Shown one piece after another: positions 27,625 through 41,985 of a stretch of DNA of 64,000 nucleotides; the first letter of the stretch is position 1; each line of letters opens with the position of its first letter. This DNA comes from the human T2T-CHM13v2.0 reference genome, Homo sapiens. The notes beneath the pieces were generated by a model. That model worked only from the letters and a program-made list of their open reading frames with translations, searched no databases and was not told the DNA's origin. A program made the translations under genes and the position numbers. Where the stretch lies: NCBI GenBank assembly GCA_009914755.4, contig CP068257.2:22688001-22752000 (forward strand), written 5' to 3'.

Positions 27625-30600
27625 ATTTTAAGACCCCTACTAACCTTTAAACCACAATAAAATATTTTATCAAAATGTTAAAAGTATTTGCTTTTTAGAA
27701 ATAGAGTTGAATTTCATTATTTATAGTATTAATGTAGTATTAGAGATGGGAGCATTAATAAATAATAACAGTAGTAGTAATATTATGTATGATGTATTAA
27801 GTGTTCATTCTGGCCAAAAAATGTGCTAAATTCTGCATTTATTATTACTTTACATCTAATCACAATGCTAGGTGACAATTATTAAGATGAAAACCAATAT
27901 ATATTTAAAGACATGGATGTACAATGACCACTAAGGAGACAGGTTTAACCAGAGAGAGATTCTGCATTGAGTAGAAATATGAGGCTTTGGATGGGCATGA
28001 ATTTCAGAATATGCTTGAGATTCAAAAGGCCAGTTGACTGACTAAAGTCTTATAGATAACTTTTAATGGGAGACTTACTATTGGAATTTTGACCTGTTAT
28101 TAACTATTGACATTTCCAAAATTTCTGATAGTGAAATGGCTATTTTTGGTTTGAAGCCTGTCATTACAACTTATTGTTCACTAATCTGACTCTGGAACTT
28201 ATTTTAAGCCCCCTTGTCTCAGTTTTATCATCTGTAACATTTTCCTAATAATAATATATTGCTCATGGGATAATTTTAAGAATAAAATCAGTGAAGATTT
28301 TTTGTATATGAATTTATTTGCAATTGTGTCTCATAGAATCCCTCAGAATATTAACCACTTACTGTTCCAAGACTAAAGGATCCAAAGTAAAAATTGCTTT
28401 AATTAAGTCCATGGCTAATCAATATGCAGGATTATTCAGCAGTTATTTGCCCATAATGGTCAAATAACTGCACTTGTTTATATAGATTTCTTAGAGCTTA
28501 TTGTACACATTCTTGAAAGTAGTAGGAATAGAAATACAATCAATTCATTTGAATTTTCAGTTTTGGTGGTAAATTGAAGTGACATGCAAGTAAAAATAAC
28601 AAACAATGTAAGTAGAATTTTTTATCCACTCTTCTAACTAGATGTAGATTCATTATTTCGGCGGCAAATATATTACCCAGGAAAGGTGATGCTACAAAAA
28701 AGCAGTTGTTACTCTTGTCAAATTATCAGTTATTGATGTGCGAACTAAAATACCCAAAAGAAAGAGGATGAGAAGCATATGGTTTAACCTCAGGCAACAG
28801 ACCTGTATGACTTGCTGTGAATTTTTACCACTTTATTCCAGATAATTCCCCCAAATGATACATATGATATTTCACATGAGTAAGGGAAACGGCAGTGTTA
28901 GGAGAGGGTGATAGCTGCTTTGTCTTCCTTATACAGCTTTTTCCATTTAGCATTTATTCTGTATTAAGACAGGTGCAACTTTTATGGAAAGAAATTACAG
29001 GCTCTTTTCAGAATCCCCCAAAATAAAATGGCACATTTTTCCCTCAGAGTAAAGAGTTCTCCAGCAATTGTCTCATTAATTTAACCAAAAATCGGTCTAC
29101 CATTCTAGGTAGTCAGGGTACTAAATTAAAAATATAAGGTATTCAATAACATTTAAATGGTAGTTATACATCTTCTAATCATATATGGCTTTTCTATGAC
29201 AAGAAAATTATATAATTTTAATTTTCAGTGTTTCAGTAGATCGACGGTACTTTTGAAGTTTCAGTTGAGGATAAAATCACACAACATCTACATGAGGATT
29301 TGGGATTGGAGCATAATTTTTTGCTGAGTATGTGCAGAGTTCCCAGGAAGGGAAATGCCTAAGATATAAGTAAAATTCAAATTTAATATGCCTTTCATAA
29401 AAGGTGATTGGGACAAGCTGTTAAATAATAGATTTGCAACTCTTTCACTTCAACTCAACAAATATTAAGTTTGAGTTTCAAACTTGGCTAATTAGGTGAG
29501 TCTTTTGGGAAGGGAAAATGGGATTACTCATCGGGGACCTCTGCTTGGGAAGGGAGGCCAACCGGTTCTGAACTTTACTCTGTTTTATGAACATTATTGA
29601 AATGTAAGTTCACAGTTTCAACCTTAATTATATCCAGAGGGTCCAGAACCACATTTTTTTCAAGTTCTTTTATCTTGAGCAACCAGTACTGTTTGATTTT
29701 TTGCAGTTGCCAACTCTCTCCTGCGGATGGCTCAGATGCAATGTATGTGATAAATCAATACAGAATAGGTTACCTTTTCTCAAAGAATTTGCCATTGAAT
29801 TGTGAAACTAAAACTATGAGAAAGTAAATAAAAATGTAAATGCAAAGTACAATATGAATCTGTATTAAGTGGTATTGTATAGCACAGAGGGAGAATAGGT
29901 CAAGGCTAATGAGGAATGATTTCTTCGAAGGAGGAGGTGGGTGAAAACTGGGCGAGCATTCCAGATAGATACATCATGGACAGCTGGCAATATGTCAATC
30001 ACCAGAGCCTTTTGGTACTCATTTTTTCAAATAATCCTGCATCCCAGTTTTACTATTCAAATAATTGATGTCAAAGTGTTATGTCATTTCATTAAAACTC
30101 ATTTTATTAATTATTTAATTGATTAATCTCTCCTTTGCATTGTATTAAAAATAGCACACATTTAATAAAATACATTTAAACTAATGCATATTTTATAAAA
30201 TTTTTATTTTTTATAGATTTTATTATGAAAACATTGAATATAAATTTTGGTTTATATGTTACAATATTGAATATCTAAGCATGATGTAATTTACTACATG
30301 TTTTAGTTATTTCATTTGTATCATACATGCCTTTTGGTCATGTTGTACATAATACAAAAATGTTTACCCTATATATTTTTAGGCTAAAGTAACAAACAAT
30401 ATCATTTGCAATGTGTGTTACTAGAAACAACATTAATTTTGCTTCTAGATGTAGAATATTTAAATTAATATTAATGTTATAAAATCTTATGTCTGAAATG
30501 TGGATTGAGATAGGATCTGGATTTTAAATATGAAAAAAATGGGAGGAGATAATTTTAATGACAGTCAGATTTGTGATAGAAAGAACATCATTAATAGTTA

Positions 30601-30671
30601 ATAGTACAGCATTATTTTTCCCCTAAGTTGAGATATTGCTTTAAAAAATATAATTCTAACACATTGGGTTT

Positions 30672-31545
30672 GTTTTTAATTTGCAGGGAGTACATGTGCA
30701 GGTTTGTTGCCTGGGTAAATTGCATGTCATGGGGGTTTGGTGTACAGATTATTTCATCACCCAGGTAATGAGTAAAGTACCCAATAGGTAATTTTTCATT
30801 CATTACCCTCCTCTCACTCTCTGTTCTCAAGTAGGCCAAGGTGTCTATTGTTCTATTATTTGTGTTCATATCTACTCAATGTTTAGCTCTCACTTATAAG
30901 TGAGAACATGTGACATTTTATTTCCTGTTCCTGTGTTTATTTGCTTAAGATAATGGCCCCCAGCTCCATGCATGTCACTGCAAAGGACATGATTTCCTTT
31001 TTTTTTTGGTATGGATGGATAGTATTTCATGGTGTATATGTACCATATTTTCTTTATCCATTCCACCATTGATGAGTATCTAGGTTGATTTTGTGTCTTT
31101 GCTATTATGAAAAGTATTGTGATAAACATAAGTATGCATGTGTTTTTATAATAGAACAAGTTATACTCTTTTGTATATATACTCAGTAATGAGATTGCTG
31201 GATTGAATGGTAGTTCTGTTTTAAGTTCTTTGAGAAATCTCCAAACTGCTTTCCACAGCAGCTGAAGTAATTGACATTCCAACCAACAGTGTATATGTGT
31301 TTCCTTTCCTCTACAGCATCACCAGCACCTGCTTTTTGTTTGTTTTTTTTTTGTTGTTTTTTGTTTTTTTACTTTTTAATAATAGCCATTCTTACTGCTG
31401 TGAGATGGTATCTCATTGTGGTTTGAATTTGCACTTCTCTAATTGGTGATGTTGAGCATTTTTCATATGCCTGTTGGCTGCTTGTATATCTTCTTTTGAA
31501 CAGTGTCTGTTCATGTCCTTTGTCAATTTTTAATGGGTGTCACGA
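30672..31545 (-). mobile_element. L1 (L1PA/L1PB-like) 3' end fragment, ~870 bp, antisense
   Basis: gcagggagtacatgtgcaggtttgttgcctgggtaaattgcatgtcatgggggtttggtgtacagattatttcatcacccaggtaatgagtaaagtacccaatagg...cacttataagtgagaacatgtgacattt...gtatttcatggtgtatatgtaccatattttctttatccattc... Minus ORF 30890-31282 matches the ORF2 C-terminus (CQLLQLLWKAVWRFLKELKTELPFNPAISLL.IYTKEY). Confidence 0.88.
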
Positions 31546-33240
31546 AGTAGAGTGTAGTGAATCAAAAATCCTAAGTCTGATTTCTACTTTCCCTTGACTT
31601 TAACTTTGGTCCATTAAAGTTCAGTTTTCTCATTTAAAAAATTGATTTCAAAAACTCAATATTCCTTTGAGAATCTAATAATAAGAGCTGAAAAAAGTTA
31701 CTTAAAACATTAAATGGCTATAAATATTATTGTCAGTATAACAAATATGAACTTATGATAAACTTCACAGTATATTACTAAATTGTGAAACTTTCCAAGA
31801 ATCTTGACAGTTTGTTTTGTGAGAAAATTTGGGAGTTTAGCTAATTCAAGGATCTACTAAGAGCACTCAAATTAGAGTTAAATTTTTTTTTCTTTATACA
31901 TTTGCTCCTTTTGGAACACTTGTCTTTTTATATAACCATGTTGTAAGACCTGTCTCTCTCATCCAGCTGAAAAATTTTGAGTTTATGGCCTTAATTGCTT
32001 ACTGGTTTTAGGACATAATGGAACATTATGGCAAAAGACTTCACTCTTCAAGGTTAACAAGAGTCAGTTTAAATAAACTGTCCATATATACTTTGAGGAA
32101 TAATTTTTGACTGTGAAGACATCAATAAAATTTTGCTTCAATTATAATTAAAATTTTTAAAAATTGCACTACTGTTCAGAATGTTTTCCTTAATTTTTAA
32201 TTATTTTTGTCAAAAATGTAGAAAGCAAAAATTCTGTGACACTAACTGTATTAGGTGCTGAGGTTATAAAATTGATTGTCTAGGCTCTAAACCTTTCATC
32301 AAAGAGAGAAAAATATGACATAAATAACATATTAAGTATACACGTGAATGTGTGTGTATAAAAGTCCAAACTGAGACTAGAGATACATTGTAAGAAGGAT
32401 AATTGATATTAAAATCTGAAGATTGAGTTGCAAGCCTTTTGGATGTTAGAAACACATTCCAGATAGAGGGGAAAATAGTATGTATAAAGGAATTGAACAG
32501 AGTAAAGTCATTTGGTTCTCCAGGAACTGAAAAGAAAGACAAGCATGGTTCAAGTGCATAGAGAAAATGGGGGAGTGGCAAAAAAGATAAGTTGGAGAGA
32601 TAGTTGTTGCACAAGTCCTCCAGTTGCACAGGTTTGTGAATGGTTTGATATTTTATCATATTTTAATCAATGTGAAATGGGAAATTATAGTTAACGACAA
32701 ATTTTATTTTACATATATACTCCTTTTTAATGATTCCCATTTCCCATGTGTAGGGAATACAGGAGTGTTCTTAAACGACAAACTCTTTAACTTCGTGGAA
32801 TTTACATTTTTGTGGGTTGGGAGAGCAAAAAATAATAGTAAAGAATAAATATGGCATTCTTAATATTTTCACTGCTGATGAGAATTATGAAGAATGATAC
32901 AGCAGGAAAAAGTAGTGAAAGGAATTAAAACGTGCTATTTCCTCCTTTATAGGCTTGTCAGGGAAGCTCTGAAGGTGAGGAACAGAACGTGATGAGGTCA
33001 GAGAGATGTGTGAGTGGTAGGTCCTGGATGAGCATATAAGCCATCTTATAAACTTTGGCTTTTAATCGCTTGAGGTTAGGTGAGAGCAGTTGGTAGGGAA
33101 TACCATGTGTCTATTTTAAATATGTTTGAAGCTATTATAGTATTAGAAAAGACTAGAAGGAAAAATAAAAGATGTCTCCTAAAACTGTGTATTTGATATG
33201 TTTACTGAGAAAAGGAAGTCTAAGCAAATAAGAGGTATGA

Positions 33241-33590
<350 letters not shown>

Positions 33591-35284
33591 TAGATATGTA
33601 AGCAGAGGTTTCCAATTGGCATTTGCATATGTCCATCTGTAGTTCCAGGAAAGGTTTTTTTGGTAGGCACTATAGTTTTGGGCAACCCTGGAATATACAT
33701 ATTTTTTAAAAGAGGACTTCTTAAGTTCCCATGAATCTGCAGTATTTAAATTTAGAAGGCTAAAATATAATCTATTTGGATTTTTAAACATTTTTGTTAA
33801 ATCATAATATACACACAGGAAAATGCACAAATCTTGATGAATTTTGACAAGTTCAATGTAACCATGAAACTATCACCCAAATCTAGAGACAGAACAGTAT
33901 AAGGTCCCAAAGGATCCTTTGTGCTCTTTTCTATTGACTATAGCTTCCAAAGTGCAACCACTATTCTAATATCAATGAGCATAAATTGTTTGTACTCCAT
34001 ATAAACTAAATCACAATAATGTACTTTTATCCTGGATTTCTTTGGTCAACACTTTGTTTGTGAGATTTCTCCATATTGCTATAAAAATGTATATAGTTCG
34101 AATTTTGAAATTAAATTATTTTTTACAAGGCTAGAATTTTACTTTATTTTTAGAGAAGATAATGTGGAAGGTTTAACTCAATCAAACGTTTTATAAATGT
34201 TTTATAACTGGTAAGTGGAAGTACTTACCTGATTTTTTTTGAGCAAAGTAAATCTTCCAAGTTTATATACCTGCACAAATGTCCACTTTACTTATTGTTT
34301 GATATATAGATATTCTGCAACACAAAATAAACTAAACCTAAAAACATATACACACATGCATGGAGGTAAACATGGATCATGTGTGTGCATGTATGCATGT
34401 ATGCATGTATGTAAAATGTAATTGCGTAGCCAATTGGAAAATTAATTTAAATTTATAGAGATAATACAGGAAATAAAATGACTACTTTTTTTGTACTGCC
34501 AATTGCTTTATCCATAATGATTGCCAACAGTAAAATTTAAACATTTTCTAAAACTCATTCTCCCAGCTTTTTGGAAGATTCTTTTAGTTCATTCATAATT
34601 TTTTGATTGTGGTAGCTGTGTATCAAACTTTGAATTTAAAAGCTAGAAATGTTTATTTTCCCTGAAATAGAACACATTTGTCACCACTAAGAATTTCATT
34701 TGCTTTACTTTATTCACATAGAAAATGTATGGAATAAATAAGACATCCCAGCATGCAGAGATCTGAAATAAAATTCCAGTGCACCAATAAAATAAATGTG
34801 TTTATTGTACATGATTCTAATAATAAATATTGTGTTAGTGTTTACTGAGCACAGACTAGGTCAGTGTATATCTCTCTTTCATCAAATGAACACAAAGATC
34901 TTGTGAAGATAGTGTTATTGTTTTCATTTTATATATTGATTTATAATTTAAAAAGCTTAAATAATTTGTCCAAACTCATCGAAAATCTTGAGTAAAAAAG
35001 ATTTCTGTCAGGCTTTCTAGAACTCTGAACATATAAATACAGTAAAGAGGAAGCAGAAAATACAATTGCAAATAGAACTACACACCAGCCAGTATTAGCT
35101 AAACATTAAACATTAGTTTAGTTTTAATTTTGAAGCAAATTTATTAATATACATAAATAATTCTCCAGATATTTATGTCTTTTCTCTATAAGCTAAATTT
35201 TGGGATCTATTCTGTATGTTTGTATGTCTGCATTTGTATGCTTATTCTTGTCTCCCCTGCCGCCCTTTCCATCTCTCTTTCTAC

Positions 35285-35325
35285 ATGGATAGGTAGATAG
35301 ATAAGCAGACAGATAGCTAGACCCA
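35285..35325. repeat. Short degenerate (GATA)n-like repeat
   Basis: ggataggtagatagataagcagacagatagctag. Confidence 0.5.
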
Positions 35326-36550
35326 TTATAACATTATATTAGCAGTTAAAGGACAGGAGATTTTAAAAAGCTTATGAAAGAGTAATTAATAATGAACCCC
35401 TGGCTATGCCAGGAAATCTAGTGACAAATTGGCTATGTAGAAAGAACAGGTAACAAGCCATTATTGATGCTGATTAGTTGTCACAAAGAAATAAACATGA
35501 AGCTTAGTCATTGATAAGTCTATTAAAAGGTAAGTGTTTGTAAGAAATATGAAAACGCTTTACAGACTAAATATATTGGAAGAAAAATTGGAGAAAAATG
35601 AGCGAGTCTTTAGAGAAAAGAATAGGGGTGGAGCTGCCTGTACAACTGAAATTGCACTGACCATGAAAACCATTAATAGAAAATTGGACAAGGAAAATTT
35701 AGGAGATGGAAGAAACGATTATTTTTAATAAATGATTTCAAAATTGTTATACCATTTAAAAAATGTTTGAGATACTAATTTGAAATTTCTAGTCCAAAGA
35801 CCCGAAAGAGTTAATATATGTAGGGAAGTGACTAATGCATTTTCGGGAAGGTCCTTTAAAAAAAATTAAAACTTTAATAACACAACTGCAGTTGAAATCA
35901 CATTTACATCTGAGATAAAGAAAATAGTAATGTTATGGCTGATTTGAAATAATGCAGACTAATCGTAAAATAATAGCTATAACAATAATGGAATTAAATG
36001 AGTAATTCATTTTACAGATTAATCTCTGTGGGTTACATTAGCTAAAGACAAACATTTATTTGCAAGTTTTTTTTCTAATATCAGTGTAATGAAGAACTAA
36101 ATTGTACAAGACTATACAAAAATATTTAAGACATCTTTTTTTGTATATAGATCACTGTGAAAGCTTTCCCATCTTTCATTGCTATTTTCTTGATTACTAT
36201 TAATTTTTATAATTCACAACTTTTACTTTACTATTCTTCAATATGGTACTTCATTGCAATTGGCTACCTAAGTAAACTTTATACATATGAAACAAAACCA
36301 AACAAAATGATAAGGTTGTGGGCCATGAATTTTTTATTATTTTGTCTGGATTAATTCAAGGTACGCCTCAGTAGCACTTTCTTATTCAAGACACTGAGGG
36401 TAGAAAATAATTGTTATTTCCAATACCTAATTCCAACATAAACTGGCAGGCAGGAATAAAGTTAAGTCTTCTGATTGAGAGGGAACAAGTTAGTAATAGT
36501 GTTTGCTCAATTCCTTATAAATGAGGATTACTGTTTTAACAAAAATCTTG

Positions 36551-36837
36551 GCTGGGCGCGGTGGCTCACGCCTGTTATCCCAGCAATTTGGGAGGCCGAG
36601 GCAGGCAGATCACGAGGTCAGGAGATCCAGACCATCCTGGCTAACATGGTGAAAACCCATCTCTACTAAAAATACAAAAATACAAAAAATTAGATGGGTG
36701 TGGTGGCAGGCGCCTGTAGTCCCAGCCACTCGGGAGGCTGAGGCAGGAGAATGGAGTGAACCCGGGAGGTGGAGCTTTCAGTGAGCTGAGATTGCACCAC
36801 TGCACTCCAGCCTGGGCACCAGAGCGAGATTCCGTCT

Positions 36838-36877
<40 letters not shown>
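36551..36877 (+). mobile_element. Alu (AluY-like) with an unusually long pure poly-A tail (~39 nt, 36839-36877)
   Basis: GGCTGGGCGCGGTGGCTCACGCCTGTTATCCCAGCAATTTGGGAGGCCGAGGCAGGCAGATCACGAGGTCAGGAGATCCAGACCATCCTGGCTAACATGGTGAAAACCCATCTC...GCACTCCAGCCTGGGCACCAGAGCGAGATTCCGTCTC followed by (A)~39. Confidence 0.92.
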
Positions 36878-36879
<2 letters not shown>

Positions 36880-38261
36880 TTGCCTCTAGAGAAAACATTC
36901 TACTTCATTTTTTTTTTGTCGACCTAATGTAGCTAATCATCTCAAATGTGAGCTGTTAGGTGAGAAGTTTTACATATTAAAAATCAAGTATTTTTCAATC
37001 AGTTGATAATCACTTTCCTGCTCTCTGTAGGTGACTATTGATTCATTGGTTTGAAATAATATGAGACAGTTGACAGACAGTAATAGTAATGTAAGCAATT
37101 CTCCTCAAGTAAAAAGAGCTTTGTAAATATGAGATTGTTTCTCTCCATTTCAGTATAAGATATTTAATTCCTCATAGTCTTATTAATTGCACTGTTAATC
37201 TTTTGATATAACTTCTTTTAAAAAATTAAAACAATAAAAAATAGAATTATATTACTACTACTAATAAATCAGAAAGCTTTAAATTACTATAAATATATAC
37301 TGTAGTATGCGAAAGTATATACGTGCTATACGTTTCTCATGCTTTTACTGAGAAATAGTCCTTTATAAAAATAAATAGAAGGGTATTTCATTCCTTTAAT
37401 AATTTATTGTCGTAACTTCAATGGTTATATCTTAGCTGCAACAAGATGGAATGACAAAGGTCTATTAATGTAATACAATAAGGAAATCATGTGTGGCCTT
37501 TGTCACAGAATACCAAACACATGTAATTCAGGCCAAATTTGAATAACGTGTTACCTAGCAAAGTGGTATGCTTTGCTTTGCTTTATTCTAGTGCTGTGCT
37601 TTATTCTTTTTCAGAATTTGTTTCAAAAACCCATTGCCTGACCTTAATCCAACCTCTATCCTTGAGTCCCAACAGCCTGCTCTCTCAGGAAACTTTGTGC
37701 ACACACTGAACTGCTTGCTATTCTTATTCACATTCTAAGACACTTTCCAAGGAGAGGGATTATTTTCATCTTCAAGTCAAGATGTGTCTTTGAAATCCAG
37801 AAGACTTGAGGAAGTATTGGAGACAATGCAGTTTTCCAAGAGGAAAGTTAATGGAATGAGGAGTGGCTTATAAACATGAGAAAGTAAAATGACTAAGTTC
37901 TCAAGAATGAGAGCAAGTTAGCAGGGTCAACTTTATTCTAAATGAATATTTTATATTATTTCAGTAGTGGAAATCTTTTAGACAGTGAGTGTCAGTATAG
38001 AGTGAAGTAATGAACATCTCATCAACAGTGAAATAATATGAGGAATTTTAGAAAGCACAAAAAGTATAAAATTTACTATAAATCATTTAAAATACATATA
38101 AAATACATATAAAAATCATAAGTCCAAAATTTCAATTTGAAAAATGATCAAATGTTGGTTGGAAAAAATTTTATTAATTGTTTAATAATCTTAATTTTTT
38201 TAATTTTTAATTGTTTTATTGGAGTTATAAAACAATCATATGTCATTTTGTAATAATAGTG

Positions 38262-38420
38262 TACTATATGGCTGTCCTAGTCCATTTACTGTTGCTTACA
38301 ACAGACTCCCTATAACTAGGTAATTTATAAAGGACAGGAACTTATTTCTTACACTGGTGGGGGCTGAGAAGTCCAAGATCCCAGGACTGCTTATGGTGAT
38401 GGTCTTATTTTTCCAGGACT
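38262..38420 (-). mobile_element. Possible MaLR (MLT1-like) LTR fragment, antisense
   Basis: gtcctagtccatttactgttgcttacaacagactccctataactaggtaatttataaaggacaggaacttatttcttacactggtgggggctgagaagtccaagatcccagg. It shares the tgctataacaaaatacc...ggtaatttataa...atttctcacagttctgg.ggctg.gaagtccaagatca motif block of MLT1 LTR 3' ends (reverse complement). Confidence 0.35.
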
Positions 38421-39838
38421 TGTAGGTCAATAAGTCTGAAACGACTAACGTTGAATTTTGGTTGAAATCACTAGAGCATAATGAAGACTTTCAACTGAAG
38501 GGTTGCCTGCATCACCCTCTTTAACTTTAGATGACAGATTTTTGCACTCTTCTCAGGTACTCAGTTATGTTGTGTGGCTAATATTTAATAAGAAAGTTAA
38601 TGGCATTTGGAATCTCATATCAGGGCTCTAATGCCAACAGCTGTAGCTATTATTCCTTTCACCCATGTGTATATGATCGGCACTCTACTATGGGAAGCTC
38701 CTGAAGAACTGCCTAAGAACAAGGTACTTATTCTCTGTATCCCTAGCAAACATCCCAAGTATGGAAATGGAAAGCACTCAACCAATTTATAAATAAAAGA
38801 ATAAATGAATGAATGATATGGATCTTATTACAGATTTCATTAGTTTCATGAATATCATACCTATAATGATACCTAGCAATAGACTTCCTAGAATAGTACA
38901 TTTTAAATTCAGATTATAAGTAATGAACATTAACTTTTAAGTTGTGTTGATTAAACATAAGCAATTATAATAATATTTTGTGAAAATTTGCAGAATACAT
39001 TTTAAATTCAGATTAAAATTAATAAATATAACTCTATTAGTTGTATTGATTAAACACAAACTAATATAATACGACTTTACAAAAGGCGTCATAAAAGTAC
39101 TTATCACATTTAACATGTAAATTTCTTCTGCTGTTTATAGCCATGCCAAGTAATGTATGTTTGACACTTCATATGACACTTCAAAATTGCACTTTGTAAT
39201 GCAATATTTTGACATATAACTGCAAATAAAGACTAAATGACTGCAAGAGAAAAAAAGTGACAGATACTCCAGCCTGCTTTATTCAGCCATGTTAGCAACA
39301 GCTAACCCTGAAACTTTTAAATGATGATAGAGTAGAAATAAAACAGAATTCTGGTCCCCATATAAGAAATGAGAGATTAAGAAGGGAAATATCACATTGA
39401 TTTGAAAAATACCATTTTAAAAGTATTTGATGGTTTGTTTATTTCTGATTATGAAAAAAAAAAGGCTTGGTTTGAGATAATGGAATATAAAGAACATTGC
39501 TGCTTTCCTCTCTCAAAAAACACCTTCAGATACCAAGAAGACACACAAAAAAATGCAAATTAATAGTTCACAAAATAAGGAAATATTTTTAACCTAAAGC
39601 TGCAACATATGATGAAGAGCTGCCAAATAACATAAGGCTTCAAGAAGTGTTGCAAAAGATGGCCAAGGAGACGTCTGCAGCTGCAGGCCTCAGGGATAAC
39701 TCAGTTTTGCAATAGCTATGATTTCTTGCTTTAAGTAATAGTAAGGAGAACTGCTGTCTGATGTATGAAACTTTCTCTGTCTGGTTTGCAACCATAAAGA
39801 AGTGGTGGAAATGTGTGTTGGAAAGAGAGATAACCTAG

Positions 39839-40277
39839 GTGTCATGGTTAATACTGTCAATTTGATTGGATTGAAGGATGCAAAGTATTATTCCTGAGTG
39901 TATCTGTAAGGGTGTTGCCAAAGGAGATTAACATTTGAGTCAGTGCATTGGGAAAGCAGACCCACGCTCAATCTGGGTGGGCACAATCTAATCAGCAGTC
40001 AGCATAGCCAGAATAAAATGCAGGCAGAAGAACGTGGAGCAATTAGACTGGCTAAGCCTCCCTGCCTACATCTTTCTCCCGTGCTGGAGGCTCCCTGCCC
40101 TCAAACATCAGACTCCAAGTTCTTCAGCTTTGTGAATGGACTAGCTTCCTTGATCCTCAGTTTGCAGATGGCCTATTGTAAGACCTTGTGATCATGTGAG
40201 TTAATACTCTTCAATAAATTCCTCTTTATATATACATCAATCCTATTAGTTCTGTCCTTCTAGAGAACTGTAATACG
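39839..40277 (+). mobile_element. MaLR LTR (MLT1/MST class), solo LTR with an internal deletion, sense
   Basis: tgtcatggttaatactgtcaatttgattggattgaaggatgcaaagtattattcctgagtgtatctgtaagggtgttgccaaaggagattaacatttgagtcagtg...cccacgctcaatctgggtgggcacaatctaatcagc...cctacatctttctcccgtgctgga...cttgtgatcatgtgagttaatactcttcaataaattcctctttatatatacatcaatcctattagttctgtccttctagagaactgtaatacg. No internal (int) sequence follows. Confidence 0.6.
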
Positions 40278-40916
40278 CTAGGTACACCATGTTTGTTACA
40301 AACATTCTGCCTGTGAGAAGCCGTTTATCTGCTAATCTCTGTTAGATGAGGAAGGGTGAAGAAAACAATAAATTACAGATCCCAATGGGAAATCGATAGA
40401 TTTGGCTACATAAAAATTGGTATTTACGATTTTTTAAAAAAATCTCCCAAATAGTTACAAATAATACTCTAGAAAGTAATTGTAATGAATGCAAAACACA
40501 TTCACACATCCTTAATATAAAAGCTGTAGAAAATATTAAATATTTTACCCTTAAATAGATGTAAGTCAAAACGTGAATATTTTGCAGAAAAATTCATCAA
40601 ATTAATAACTGTCTATAATATCAACAATAAACACAAAAATGAAATTTGCCTTTTTATTAAACAATTTTAGAAACATTAATAAAGTAAACATATTATTTGC
40701 TGGTGAGTGGATCATATAATAGACACTTCTATAGCTCTCAGATATATTATTGTATATGCAATGAGAAAACATCAATATAACATTTCTGGATGAAAATGTA
40801 GCAATGCAAACAATTATCTAACGTTTAATAAATTGATATAGCATAGAGCATCATAACAGACAGTGTTTAGAAGAAAAACCATAAAATTACTAAAAGAAAA
40901 TGTAAAAGCACCATCT

Positions 40917-41215
40917 AGCATGGTAGCTCATTCCTGTAATCCCAGTGCTTTTGGAGATGGAAGCCAGAGAATCACTTGAGGCCAGGTGTTTGAGACCAGC
41001 CTGGGCAACATAGTGAGACTTCATTTCTACACAAAATTGTAAAATTAACCAGGTGTGGTGACACACACTTGTATTCTTAGCTATTCAGGAGGCTGAGGCA
41101 GAAGGATTGCTTGAGCCTAGAAGTTCAAGGCTGCAAGGAGCTATGATTGCACCACTGCACTCCAACCCAGGTGACACAGCAAGACCTTGTCTCTAAAAAT
41201 AAAATAAAAAAATTA
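40917..41215 (+). mobile_element. Old Alu (AluJ-like), sense
   Basis: agcatggtagctcattcctgtaatcccagtgcttttggagatggaagccagagaatcacttgaggccaggtgtttgagaccagcctgggcaacatagtgagacttcatttctacacaaaattg...caggaggctgaggcagaaggattgcttgagcctagaagttcaaggctgcaaggagctatgattgcaccactgcactccaacccaggtgacacagcaagaccttgtctct(A-rich). Confidence 0.85.
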
Positions 41216-41985
41216 AAAAGTTAGAAGCAGAGCACACATTAGGCAGTCTCTGTGTTAGTTGATGACTGATGTAACATGGGACATTCCTTCGATGTATATA
41301 TACTTAAGGCAAGGTATATACTGCCCTCGCCCCTCCTCTACCACTCAGAGGTGAACTCTCTCCTAAAATTCCCTCCATTCAGTATATTGGTGATCAGTCA
41401 CAAAGTAAAGAAAAAGAGGGAAATTTGCATGTTTTATAATCTCTGGAGGTAGAGTTTGATGGCAAATATTGACAAATTAGGTGAGAAAGGCAAAGATCAG
41501 TAAAGAAACCAGTAAAAATTTCCAAAACTGGAATTTCCTCTTGGGTCACTAGTGTGAATCATAAAGAAAGGAAAGGACAAAATAAGTAGTTCAATAATGC
41601 ACTGAGGTAGCATATTTTAAACATTTGAATCATTTTTATAAAGTAAAACATGCCATTTAACCTAACTATGACACTACTTTTACATTTTGAGGTACTTTCA
41701 TAGAATGACATCTGTTGTTTCTGAACACTGGATGCACTTTATCTGAAGTAACTTAACATTAAATGCATCAGTACTGATTGATTGTTTAAATCATTGTTAT
41801 TAGTAATCTAATTATTTGACCTCAATTACCTTTGTTATTTAGGCATGAGTGATATTTGATAAGGGATGCAAAAAGTTAACAGTTTTTGAACCAAAAATCT
41901 ATCTTTAGGAAACTTCCAGAAATGTAGACAAATATTGAGATTTAAGAAAATGCTGTTTAAATAATAATAAAAACTAAATGATCTC

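Noticed and set aside
39943-40191. 82-aa plus-strand ORF
   Set aside because: It falls entirely inside the solo MaLR LTR (39839-40277), so it is a chance ORF in LTR sequence.
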